Shown here: positions 22,148-31,717 of the stretch, piece after piece
Position numbering within the stretch: the stretch's first letter is position 1
Layout of the letters: each line of letters opens with the position of its first letter
DNA from: an uncultured delta proteobacterium
GTDB taxonomy: Bacteria > Desulfobacterota > WTBG01 > CAIYCZ01
Assembly (NCBI GenBank): GCA_963803975.1
Contig: CAWDOY010000054.1
Coordinates: 64,001-128,000 of the forward strand
Direction of reading: 5' to 3'
Length of the DNA: 64,000 nucleotides
Notes under the pieces: generated by a model
Seen by the model: the letters and a program-made list of their open reading frames with translations, nothing else
Database searches by the model: none
What the model was told of the DNA's origin: nothing
Made by a program: the position numbers and the translations under genes

Positions 22148-22853
22148 ATGGAGCGCCTGTTTCGAATCTTTCGCTTTGACCCTCAGCAGGAGGCCTCACC
22201 ACGGTTCCAGGAGTACCTGGTACGGGTAGAGCCGATCGATAAAATACTTGATTGCCTGAACCGGATACGCTGGGAGCAGGACCCTTCACTTTCCTTCCGC
22301 ATGTCCTGCGCCCACGGCATCTGCGGCTCTGACGGCATGCGCATAAATGGCGTGTGCACGCTTGCCTGCCAGCGGCTGACTAAAAACTATCCCGATGACC
22401 CGATTACTATCGAACCCCTGCCGAATTTGCGGGTAGTAAAAGACCTGGTGGTTGACATCGAGCCGTTCTTCGAAAAACACCGGTCACTGAAACCCTATCT
22501 TGTTGCCGCAGCAGACGGAAGGTGAAGCTGAGCGCTTCCAGAGCCCGGAAGAGCGGAAAACATTTGATGAGGCCATCAGGTGTATCCTGTGCGCCTGCTG
22601 CACCGCAGCCTGCCCGGTATCGGCTGAGAACGAACAGTTCCTGGGGCCGGCCGCGCTGCTCCGGGCCTTCCGCTACCTGTTTGATTCACGGGATGAGGAT
22701 GCCCGTGAGCGCATGCGCATGCTTGATACTGATGACGCTATCTGGGGATGCAAGAGCCACGGCAAGTGTACCGAGGTATGCCCGAAGGAAATTGATGTGA
22801 GGAAGTGGCTGGCTGTTACGAAAAAGAAGATCTACGATGCAAAACAAAAATAG
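22148..22853 (+). CDS. sdhB: Succinate dehydrogenase Fe-S subunit (frameshift near 22515)
   Basis: SCAHGICGSDG, LACQ, CILCACCTAACP, CKSHGKCTEVCP. Confidence 0.92.
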
Positions 22854-22905
22854 TAAAAACACGGCACAGCTTATAGCTGACGGCTGATTGCTGAAGGCTT
22901 CTTTA

Positions 22906-23409
22906 TCAGTCGAGTTTGAAATCGCCGTGCTTCTTGATATGCTCCACCAGCCCGCCGTCGGCAAGAATGTTGGCCATGGCTTTGGGCAATGCAGGAAAGG
23001 TATAGGTCGCGCCTTTTGAGAGATTCGCCAGCTTCCCGCCAAGCAGGTCAAGCTCCAGCTCATCGCCTTCGTCAATTTTGTCAGTGTCAATAATAAGTGC
23101 CGGCAGCCCCACGTTGATGCAGTTGCGGAAGAAGATGCGCGGGAAGCTTTTGGCAATGACCGCGCTCACCCCGGCCATCTTAATAATAGTCGGTGCATGC
23201 TCGCGGCTTGAGCCCTGGCCGAAATTTTTTCCGCCGACCACAAAATCCCCCTGCTGTACGATAGAGGCAAACCCCGGCCGGGCATCCTCGAGCACATGTT
23301 TCGCCAGCTCCGGGAGGTTGCTGCGCAGGTGAAATAATCTTCCCGGCGCGATATGATCAGTACTGATACCGTCGCCAAATTTCCAGGCTTTGCCCTTGAG
23401 CTTGTCCAT
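22906..23409 (-). CDS. Isopropylmalate/homoaconitate dehydratase small subunit (LeuD/HacB family)
   Basis: FGDGISTDHIAP, NFGQGSSREHA, RIFFRNCINVGLP. Confidence 0.88.
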   Translation of the reverse strand: MDKLKGKAWKFGDGISTDHIAPGRLFHLRSNLPELAKHVLEDARPGFASIVQQGDFVVGGKNFGQGSSREHAPTIIKMAGVSAVIAKSFPRIFFRNCINVGLPALIIDTDKIDEGDELELDLLGGKLANLSKGATYTFPALPKAMANILADGGLVEHIKKHGDFKLD

Positions 23410-23427
23410 GGTAACTCCGAGTGTACT

Positions 23428-23510
23428 GTTGAGGAGTTAAGGAGTTTAGAGTTCAGGAGTTTAAAAATTTAACCCTATAACTCTTCAACTCCACAACTCC
23501 TTAACTCATA
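23428..23510. repeat. 8-mer periodic inverted repeat (ggagttna / aactcc)
   Basis: gaggagttaaggagtttagagttcaggagtt ... aactcttcaactccacaactccttaactc. Confidence 0.75.
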
Positions 23511-23518
23511 ACTGAATA

Positions 23519-24773
23519 TTATAAAAATTCTCTTGGGTCAGTGATCCTGCCGGTAATTGCAGTGGCTGCAGCAGTTGCCGGGCTGGCAAGATATATAAAT
23601 GCGTTCGGGTTGCCCATCCGGCCCTTGAAATTCCGGTTTTGCGTGGCAACACATACTTCCCCGTCACCCAGCACCCCTTCATGCACGCCCACACAGGCGC
23701 CGCAGCCGGGGCCGGTGATAATGCCGCCTGCTTCTGCCAGGGTCTGGATGGTGCCGTCAGCTGAGCCCGTCAAGAAGCGTCCTGCGCGAGCCCGGTGTTA
23801 TCAGCAGCCGCACCCCGGGAGCAACTTTTTTCCCCTTCAGGATCGCGGCCGCCACCCTGAAATCATCGAGCCGGCCGTTGGTGCTGGTGCCTATGAAAAC
23901 CTGGTTGACTGCCAGCGGCTCGACGGTGCCGATTGGGTGCACATTATCAACAAAATGCGGGCAGGCGACCATGGGCTCGAGGGTGCTTACATCAAAATTC
24001 AGGATTTTTTCATATGCTGCATCCGGGTCAGCCTGCAGCGGCCGGTATCCTGCAGGCCTGCCCAGGCTTTCAAGAAACGCTTTTGTCACGCCGTCGGAAT
24101 TGAAAAGGCCGACCTTGGCACCGCTTTCTACCGCCATATTGGAGATGGTGAGGCGGCCGGACATGGGCAGTGATTCCATTGCCGGGCCGGTAAATTCAAG
24201 CGCCTTGTAGGTCGCGCCGTCAGCGGTGACCGTACCGATAAAATTGAGCATGAAGTCTTTTGCATAGACGCCCTTCGGGAATGTGCCGGCAACCGCTATC
24301 TTCCAGGTTTCCGGCACCCGCAGCCAGGTATGGCCCAGGGCCATGGCAACGGCAATGTCTGTAGAGCCCATGCCGGTAGCAAAGGCGCACAGGGCGCCGC
24401 CCGTGCAGGTGTGCGAGTCAGCGCCGACCACCACCTCCCCCGGATTGATATAGTCCTCGCTTGCGACATTGTGGGAAATGCCGTTGCCGGTGTCAGACAG
24501 GATCGCGCCGGTTCTGCGGCAGAATTCGCGCAGCAGCTGGTGGTCGTTGGACAGCTCCTGGCGCGGGCTGGGCGATGCATGATCGATAAAGACAATGCTG
24601 CGCTGCGGGCTGGAAACGGTTTTGAACCCCAGTTTTTCGAGCTGCCGCACGGTGAGGGGGCCGGTTCCGTCCTGCACGTAGACCAGGTCCACGCACGCAA
24701 CTGCAAACTCACCTGCCCGCACGTCATGACCGGCGTGCGCGCTCAGGATTTTTTCGCTCAGCGTTTTACCCAT
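23519..24773 (-). CDS. Isopropylmalate/homoaconitate dehydratase large subunit (LeuC/HacA family), frameshift near 23765
   Basis: [50 protein letters not shown]. Confidence 0.88.
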
Positions 24774-24883
24774 AGCCGCTCCTCCAGATACAAAGATTTA
24801 TATAGTATAAAAGATTATAACGTCCCGGCTGTCAAGAGGAATTGCAGCAGCTGTGCTGCCGTGCCGGGGCAGAGCCAAAGGGC

Positions 24884-24912
24884 TTGACATTTTTCAGGGC
24901 AGGCCCTATGTT
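24884..24912 (+). promoter_or_regulatory. Sigma70 promoter of citrate synthase
   Basis: TTGACA-17 bp-TATGTT. Confidence 0.55.
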
Positions 24913-24965
24913 TCCCTACAGGGGTACAGGGGTAATAGCATACAACACGTAAAGGGGAGCATGAT

Positions 24966-26111
24966 ATGGAGAATACATCATATTCCAAAGGCCTTGAAGG
25001 GGTTATTGCTGATGAGAGCCGGATCTGTAAAATCGACGGCACCCAGGGAAAGCTCTATTACCGGGGCTATTCCATAGAGGACCTGGCCGCCCACTGCAGC
25101 TATGAAGAGGTGGCCTACCTGCTGCTGTATGAAAACCTGCCGACGCGCAGCGAGCTCGATATTTTTTCCCTGAAAATGCGGGGCAGCCGTGATATACCGC
25201 CCCCGGTCCGCGAGATGATGCAGGCGTTTCCCCCGGCAGCGCACCCCATGGAACTGCTGCAGTCGGTCATGGCCTATCTGAGCAGTTATGTGCGCCACCG
25301 CATAGAGCACTCGGTCAACTGCAACTGCCGGGAAACGCTCCACCAGGTGTCGCAGCTTGCAAGCGTAGTGGCAACCTATGGCAGGTTCATGCAGGGAAAA
25401 GAGTATGTGCCGCCGCGCCGGGACCTGTCCCACGGCGCAAATTTCCTCTACATGCTCCACGGCACTGAGCCGGACCCCTTGGACGGGGAGCTTATGGACA
25501 AGTGCCTGCTGCTGCATGCTGAACATGATTTCAATGCTTCAACATTTGCCGCGCGGGTAGTGGCCTCAACGCTTTCAACCTGCTACTGCAGCATCTCAAG
25601 CGCCATCGGCGCCCTGTACGGCTCGCTCCACGGCGGGGCCAACCAGCGCGTCATCGAAATGGCCGAGGAGATCGGCAGCAAAGACAACGTCAGCGCATGG
25701 ATGGAAAAGGCCCTGGCCCAGAAGCGCAAAGTCATGGGCATGGGGCACCGGGAATACAAGGCAAAAGACCCCCGGGCGAACGTTATCGAGAAGCTGCTGC
25801 TCACGCTTTCAGAAAGAAAAAAAGATTTTCGTTATGTTGAAATACTTCAGGAGGTGGAGCGGGTGTTCCGCGCAAAAATGGAGACCGCCGGCAAGCCGCT
25901 CTATCCGAACGTTGACTTTTATTCGGGCGCGGTGTACCGGCTGCTGGGTATTCCCCCCATACTGTTCACCCCGATTTTTGCCGTGGGCAGGGTAGCGGGA
26001 TGGCTCGCGCACATACTGGAACAAAGGAGCGACAACCGTATCTATCGCCCGGAGAGCCTGTACCGGGGGCCGGAGCCGCGGACAGTGGTGCCGCTTGAAA
26101 AAAGGCAATGA
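24966..26111 (+). CDS. Citrate synthase / 2-methylcitrate synthase
   Basis: GLEGV, LYYRGY, HAEHDFNASTF, LHGGAN, GMGHR, PNVDFY. Confidence 0.92.
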   Translation: MENTSYSKGLEGVIADESRICKIDGTQGKLYYRGYSIEDLAAHCSYEEVAYLLLYENLPTRSELDIFSLKMRGSRDIPPPVREMMQAFPPAAHPMELLQSVMAYLSSYVRHRIEHSVNCNCRETLHQVSQLASVVATYGRFMQGKEYVPPRRDLSHGANFLYMLHGTEPDPLDGELMDKCLLLHAEHDFNASTFAARVVASTLSTCYCSISSAIGALYGSLHGGANQRVIEMAEEIGSKDNVSAWMEKALAQKRKVMGMGHREYKAKDPRANVIEKLLLTLSERKKDFRYVEILQEVERVFRAKMETAGKPLYPNVDFYSGAVYRLLGIPPILFTPIFAVGRVAGWLAHILEQRSDNRIYRPESLYRGPEPRTVVPLEKRQ

Positions 26112-26124
26112 CAGCCAGCCAGTC

Positions 26125-26384
26125 AGGGACTTGGGGTTGGGGCTCGTCCACCCTCCGCAGTGTAAAAAAACAAGCTTACTGGTGACTGTCGTTCATTTGG
26201 CTGGCCACGTTAGTGACGCTCGCACAAGCGGCTCGGAAGCGGGCGGAGGACGGGTGGCTCGGGGTTAGTGCCCAGTAAAGGCCAAAAGGCTAAACCTCTT
26301 TGCCTCTTCACCTTTTACCTATTCTTCTTTTCACTTTTTCACTGCGGTCATGCTGTTTGCCGGTTTTTTTATGACTTAATTTTG
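26125..26384. repeat. Dispersed repeat B, copy 1
   Basis: ctcggggttagtgcccagtaaaggccaaaagg...cttttcactttttca...gcggtcatg...cttaattttg, shared with 45981-46163. Confidence 0.85.
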
Positions 26385-26540
26385 ACGAAGCCGTAAAAAG
26401 TCAATTTCCCCTCCCCTGGCGGGAGGGGATTAAGGGGAGGGGGAGAAATATTATACTGTCATTAGTTGTTTATCACCCTCACCCCAACCCTCTCCCGTGA
26501 AGGGAGAGGGAGGTCTTTCTGCTTTTTACGAGGCCATCAA
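26382..26540. mobile_element. MITE family C containing a CCCTCTCCC-type palindrome pair
   Basis: TIRs ttgacgaagccgtaaaaag / ctttttacgaggccatcaa, with aattttg at both junctions. Confidence 0.78.
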
Positions 26541-26568
26541 TTTTGAAAATATCCTGCAGGGCTTTTTC

Positions 26569-26596
26569 TTGACAAAAAACAATAAATTAGTATAAC
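26569..26596 (+). promoter_or_regulatory. Sigma70 promoter of the carboxyltransferase operon
   Basis: TTGACA-16 bp-TATAAC. Confidence 0.6.
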
Positions 26597-26689
26597 GTCA
26601 TTTGCATTATCAGGGCGCACTGCATTTTGAAGTCAGGGAGTTTACGGGCAGCGTGAGCTGCAGTTCTTCACTCACCGCCTGGCAACTTT

Positions 26690-26847
26690 TGCCAGGTTGT
26701 TGAAACAGTTGTTTTTTCCAAGCTGGTCAAAAACATTCAGATGCAAGGCGCGCGATATCACGAGGAATGAGGCGTACTTTGCGGTACGCTGCAATGACGA
26801 GGGATGCGCGCAACGCAGCAGATGGGTGTTTTTCAACAGCTTGCTAA
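26690..26847. mobile_element. MITE family A, copy 2 (inverted orientation)
   Basis: aggttgttgaaa...cagatgggtgtttttcaacagctt; reverse complement aligns to 21942-22134. Confidence 0.8.
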
Positions 26848-26901
26848 TGTTTTTATGGTACACATAATACCGAATTCCGGTCATATGAAAGGAGAACAGG
26901 G

Positions 26902-28455
26902 ATGGGAATCATTGCTGACAAAATTGCTGAGCTAAAGGAGAAGCGGGGAAAATATGAGGGGATGGGAGGTGCCAAGGCGGTTGAAAAGCAGCACGCCTCA
27001 GGCAAGATGACGGCACGGGAGCGGATTAATTACTTTTTTGACCCCGGCACGTTCCAGGAAATTGATATGTTTGTGCAGCACCGCTGCACCAATTATAATA
27101 TGTCTTCCACGGACATTCCCTCTGACGGCGTCATTACCGGCCATGGCAAGGTGAATGGCCGCACCGTGTGCGCCTACGCTCAGGATTTTACCTCCCGCGC
27201 CGGCACGCTGGGAGAAATGCATTCCAAGAAGATCACCAAGATTATGGACCTGGCCCTGAAATCAGGGGTACCGCTCATCGGGTTCAATGACTCGGGCGGC
27301 GCGCGGATTCAGGAAGGCATAGACGCCCTGTTTGGCTACGGCGAGATATTTTTCCGCAACTCTGCGGCGTCCGGCGTCATTCCGCAGATTACCTGTATCA
27401 TGGGGCCTACGGCAGGTGGAGCAGTGTATTCGCCGGCCATGACTGACTGGGTATTCATGGTGAAAAAAACCAGCTTCATGTTCATCACCGGCCCTGACGT
27501 CATACGTGCCGTAACCGGGGAAGAGATAACCCAGGAGGACCTGGGCGGCGCCATGACCCATAACACCCGCAGCGGGGTGGCCCAGTTTGCCGCGGAAAAC
27601 GACTCCCATGCCATAGACATGATAAAGGAGCTCCTGTCCTATCTGCCGGCAAACAACATGGAAGACCCGCCGTACGCTGATACCGGCGACGACCCCAACC
27701 GCATCGATCCGGCGCTTGATGAGATCATTCCCGACACGCCCAATAAAGCCTACGACATGAAGCAGGTCATCACATCAATTGTTGATAACGGCACCTTTTT
27801 TGAGCCCCATGAATATTTCGCCCTGAACATGATTGTCTGTTTTGCCCGCTTGAATGGCCATGTCATCGGCATTATTGCCAACCAGCCCCTGCAGCTTGCC
27901 GGGTGCCTGGATGTTAATGCTTCAGACAAGGCAACGCGGTTCATCCGCTTTTGTGACGCATTTAATATTCCGCTGCTTACGCTGGTTGACGTGCCGGGCT
28001 ACCTTCCCGGTAAAGACCAGGAGTGGTCGGGAATTATCCGCCACGGGGCAAAACTCCTGTGGTGCTATTCTGAAGCAACGGTGCCCAAACTGACGCTCAT
28101 TACCCGAAAGGCCTACGGCGGAGCCTATATTGCCATGTGCAGCCGGCACCTGGGTGCTGATTTTATGTTTGCCTGGCCTGGTTCAGAGATTGCGGTCATG
28201 GGTGCTGAGGGCGCTGCCAATATCATCCACCGGCAGGAGATACAGGACGCCCCGGACCGCGCTGCAAAGCGCAAAGAGAAGATCGAAGAGTATCAGACGC
28301 TTTTTTCAAATCCCTATATTGCCGCAGCCAGGGGATATGTGGACGCCGTTATCTATCCCCGGGAGACCAGGGCCACGCTGATCAAGGCGCTGGAGACCGT
28401 CATCAACAAGCGCGAGACCAGGCCGCCGAAGAAACACGGAAATATTCCTACATAA
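26902..28455 (+). CDS. Acyl-CoA carboxyltransferase (methylmalonyl-CoA transcarboxylase 12S / PccB / MmdA family)
   Basis: GKMTARERI, NDSGGARIQEG, AGGAVYSPA, DVPGYLPG, PKKHGNIP. Confidence 0.93.
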   Translation: MGIIADKIAELKEKRGKYEGMGGAKAVEKQHASGKMTARERINYFFDPGTFQEIDMFVQHRCTNYNMSSTDIPSDGVITGHGKVNGRTVCAYAQDFTSRAGTLGEMHSKKITKIMDLALKSGVPLIGFNDSGGARIQEGIDALFGYGEIFFRNSAASGVIPQITCIMGPTAGGAVYSPAMTDWVFMVKKTSFMFITGPDVIRAVTGEEITQEDLGGAMTHNTRSGVAQFAAENDSHAIDMIKELLSYLPANNMEDPPYADTGDDPNRIDPALDEIIPDTPNKAYDMKQVITSIVDNGTFFEPHEYFALNMIVCFARLNGHVIGIIANQPLQLAGCLDVNASDKATRFIRFCDAFNIPLLTLVDVPGYLPGKDQEWSGIIRHGAKLLWCYSEATVPKLTLITRKAYGGAYIAMCSRHLGADFMFAWPGSEIAVMGAEGAANIIHRQEIQDAPDRAAKRKEKIEEYQTLFSNPYIAAARGYVDAVIYPRETRATLIKALETVINKRETRPPKKHGNIPT

Positions 28456-28510
28456 CCAGATGCGGCTGGACATAGACCGCTGATAGCTTCTATAGCAGAT
28501 AGAACTTTCT

Positions 28511-28693
28511 ATGGATAAAAAAAAGATCGCCGCGATTATGAGCGCGGTTAACGGCTATATAAAGGCCGGGCAGGAAGGAGCTGCTGCACCGATTCTTCCC
28601 ACACCGCCTTCAATATGGGGCGCGGACGGCCGCCGGCAGATGATGAGCATGCGCAACCTCTGGCAAATGAGAATTTTTAAAAAAGCAGGGTGA
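28511..28693 (+). CDS. Small protein, possible epsilon/linker subunit of the carboxylase
   Basis: 60 aa, IAAIMSAV..Y, Pro/Ala linker, SIWGxxGR; lies between carboxyltransferase genes. Confidence 0.6.
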   Translation: MDKKKIAAIMSAVNGYIKAGQEGAAAPILPTPPSIWGADGRRQMMSMRNLWQMRIFKKAG

Positions 28694-28817
28694 GAAACTA
28701 AAAAACAGCTATTAGCTGACAGCTATCAGCTAAATTGCTGAGGAACAGCACCGTGTTCAGTATTGAGAGAACTGCCAGGACTGTGGGTAATCGCAGCTGG
28801 CGTATACGGAGGTGAAT

Positions 28818-30749
28818 ATGAAAGAGGGAAAAAAGCCAGCAAAAAAAGCAAAAAACCCGGTGCGCATTACCGACACCACCTTTCGCGATGGACACCAGTC
28901 TTTGCTCGCCACCAGAACCCGGCTTGATGACCTGCTGCCCATAGCAGAAAAGATGGACAGCGTCGGCTTCCACTCTCTTGAGGTGTGGGGCGGGGCAACC
29001 TTTGACGTCTGCACGCGGTTTTTGAACGAGGACCCGTGGGAGCGGCTGCGCACCCTGAAGCGGTATTGCAAAAAAACTCCGCTGCAGATGCTTTTGCGCG
29101 GCCAGAACCTGGTCGGCTACCGCAATTATGCTGATGATGTGGTTGAGGCCTTTGTCATGACCAGCGCTGAGTGCGGCATGGATATTTTCCGGGTGTTTGA
29201 CGCGCTCAATGACGAGCGCAACTTTGAAGCCTCATTTAAAGCCATCAAGAAAGCGCGCAAGCACATCCAGGCGACGCTGTGCTACTCGCTCACTGAGCGG
29301 CGCATGGGCGGCGAGGTCTTTAACATTGACTACTATGTAAAGAAGGCAAAACGCTTTGAGAGCATGGGGGCTGATTCCCTGTGCATCAAGGACATGGCCG
29401 GAATCCTTGCCCCGTTTGATGCGTATGAGCTGGTCAGCGCGCTGAAGAAAGCGGTGAAGATCCCCATCCAGCTCCATTGCCACTACACCAGCGGCATGGC
29501 GTCCATGACCTACATGAAAGCGATTGAAGCAGGAGTTGATGTCGTTGATACGGCCCTGGCGCCCTTTGCCCTGCGCAGCTCCCAGCCGGCCATTGAGCCG
29601 ATCGTGGTTACTCTGGAGGCGACAGACCGCAGTACCGGCCTTGACCTGAATCTTCTGTTTGAGCTTGGAGAATACATGGAATCAATTTGCCCGCAAGTAC
29701 CGTGACTTTCTCGACTGCTCGCGGATGGGCGTGATTGACACCGGCGTTCTCATGCATCAGATTCCCGGCGGCATGATCTCTAACCTCGTAGGCCAGCTCA
29801 AAGAAGCCGGCGCCCTTGACCGGATACACGAAGTTTATGAAGAGCTGCCCAGAATGCGCAAGGAGCTTGGCTTACCCGCCGCTGGTAACGCCGACCAGCC
29901 AGATTGTGGGCATCCAGGCAGTGCAGAATGTGCTGTTTGGCCGCTACAAAATGATAACCGGCCAGATAAAGGATTATGCCTATGGTCTGTACGGAAAACC
30001 TCCGGTGCCCATGGATAAAAAAGTGCAGGAGATGATTTTAAAAGGCTATGAGCGCGGCGAGAAGCCCATCACCTGCCGCGCCGCAGATATCCTTGAGCCG
30101 GAGCTGGACAAGGCAAAGCAGGAGACCAAAGGGATTGCAAAAAATCTTGAAGATGTTCTGACCTATGCCATGTACCCGACCACCGGCCTGCGTTTTTTGA
30201 AGTGGAAATACGGCCTTGAGCCGGTGCCGGACAATGTCAAGCCCAAGACCCTGGAGCAGGTGAAAAAAGAAGATGAGCTTGTTGCCAAAGCCAGGGCCGG
30301 AAAACTTGTTGAGAAGACAGAAAAAGCAGTGCCTGAGAAGGGCGCCGGGGCGAGAGCATTTAATGTGTTTGTAGATGGCGAGTACTATCAGGTAGAGGTT
30401 GAGGAGCAGGGCGGCATGAAGATATCGGCGCCGGTGAAGGTTGCTGCCCCGCAGCCCGCTAGCAGCAAAGCCCGCTGCACCGCCGGCTGCTGCAAAACAG
30501 GAGACACCGGCGGTAACGGTCGGCGCCGGTGAAACCGCCATTACCGCGCCCATGCCCGGCATGATCATCGAATACAAGGTGAAGGAAGGGGACAGCGTAA
30601 AGGCAGGCGATGTGGTGCTCATATTAGAGGCCATGAAAATGCAGAACAGCATTACCGCGCCGGTCAGCGGCGTGGTGAAGAAGATAAGCGCCGCCCCCGG
30701 CACCTCGGTGCCGAAAGACAGCGTGCTGTGTATCATCGAAGCGAAATGA
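28818..30749 (+). CDS. Pyruvate/oxaloacetate carboxyltransferase (5S/PycB/OadA-like) with fused biotinyl domain, three frameshifts
   Basis: RDGHQSL, EVWGGATFD, CIKDMAG, LHCHYTSG, PPLVTPTSQIVG, EAMKM across four overlapping ORFs. Confidence 0.9.
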
Positions 30750-30752
30750 GAG

Positions 30753-30826
30753 AATGACGAAGCTATCAGCCGTCAGCTTTCAGCTAATCAGAGCCCTGTA
30801 CCAGGTTATCCGGTGCAGGGCTTTTT
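30753..30826 (+). repeat. Direct repeat D, copy 1 (7-mer tract plus terminator hairpin)
   Basis: aatgac...cagccgtcagctttcagctaatcagagccctgtacc...ccggtgcagggct. Confidence 0.85.
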
Positions 30827-30950
30827 AAATATCAAGGGCTTTACACGCTGAATAAAAACTGATAAAATAAAATCAAATATCAGATTAGTAATCTTTCATT
30901 AATAGTTACTACGCTGTAAGTGGAAAAAGCTGAACACAGGAGAGGTTAAA

Positions 30951-31136
30951 ATGCTTTCCGCAAAAGATGAAATAGCCAAAATTATTCAAGAACAGCCGGA
31001 TGACAGTTCTTATGATGAAATTCTTCGCGAATTAGCATTCGCCCGAATGGTTGAACGCGGTCTTCTTGATTCACGGCATAATCGCACTATCAGTAATGAT
31101 GAAATGGCCAGAAGAATTAAAGCATGGCAGAGATAA
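30951..31136 (+). CDS. Putative antitoxin
   Basis: 61 aa, QPDDSSYDEILREL...VERGL..S; overlaps the toxin start. Confidence 0.8.
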   Translation: MLSAKDEIAKIIQEQPDDSSYDEILRELAFARMVERGLLDSRHNRTISNDEMARRIKAWQR

Positions 31137-31447
31137 ATTGGACCGCAGAAGCTGAACAATGGCTCAAAGATATCCATGATTATATTGCGCAGGATAACCC
31201 CAGGGCAGCTATTCGCCTGATTACCAGTATTTATAAGAAAGTGCAGTTACTTCGCAAATTCCCCGAGTTGGGCTACCGGTATGATCGTTATCCAGATCAG
31301 AACATTCGAATCCTTTTGTACGGACATTACCGAATTGCATATTGCATAAAACCTGATGGCACTATTGATATATTAGGCGTTTTTCATGGAGCATTAGATA
31401 TAGAACGATACCGTTTTAAAGCTGAGGGTAAAATGACAAAACGCTGA
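31124..31447 (+). CDS. RelE/ParE-family toxin
   Basis: WTAEAEQWLKDIHDYIAQDNP, FPELG, YRIAY, ILGVFHGALD. Confidence 0.88.
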   Translation: MAEINWTAEAEQWLKDIHDYIAQDNPRAAIRLITSIYKKVQLLRKFPELGYRYDRYPDQNIRILLYGHYRIAYCIKPDGTIDILGVFHGALDIERYRFKAEGKMTKR

Positions 31448-31509
31448 CAGCCGTCAGCTATCAGCTAATCAGAGCCCTGTACCGGTTGTCCGGTGCAGGG
31501 CTCTTTTTT
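31432..31509 (+). repeat. Direct repeat D, copy 2
   Basis: aatgac...cagccgtcagctatcagctaatcagagccctgtacc...ccggtgcagggctc. Confidence 0.85.
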
Positions 31510-31717
31510 CTGAAGAAACTTTAAACCCCGCAGGCTATTCCTGCGCGGCCGGCGTAAGTTGACGAACGGCAATCCGTTCTATACTTGCGGTAGTGAAGAA
31601 ACAGGTGCTCGCTGATGCGACGCGCCGGCACGGCATGTGTACGCGCGGAAATTGTTATCAGTTGAATCGCCCGGCCCCGAACCCGCGCGTTGCAGGCGAT
31701 CCGCAAAGGAGAAACGT

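Noticed and set aside
30753..31509. CRISPR array or integron attC sites
   Set aside because: Only two copies about 680 bp apart, no cas or integrase gene, and no clear RYYYAAC/GTTRRRY boxes
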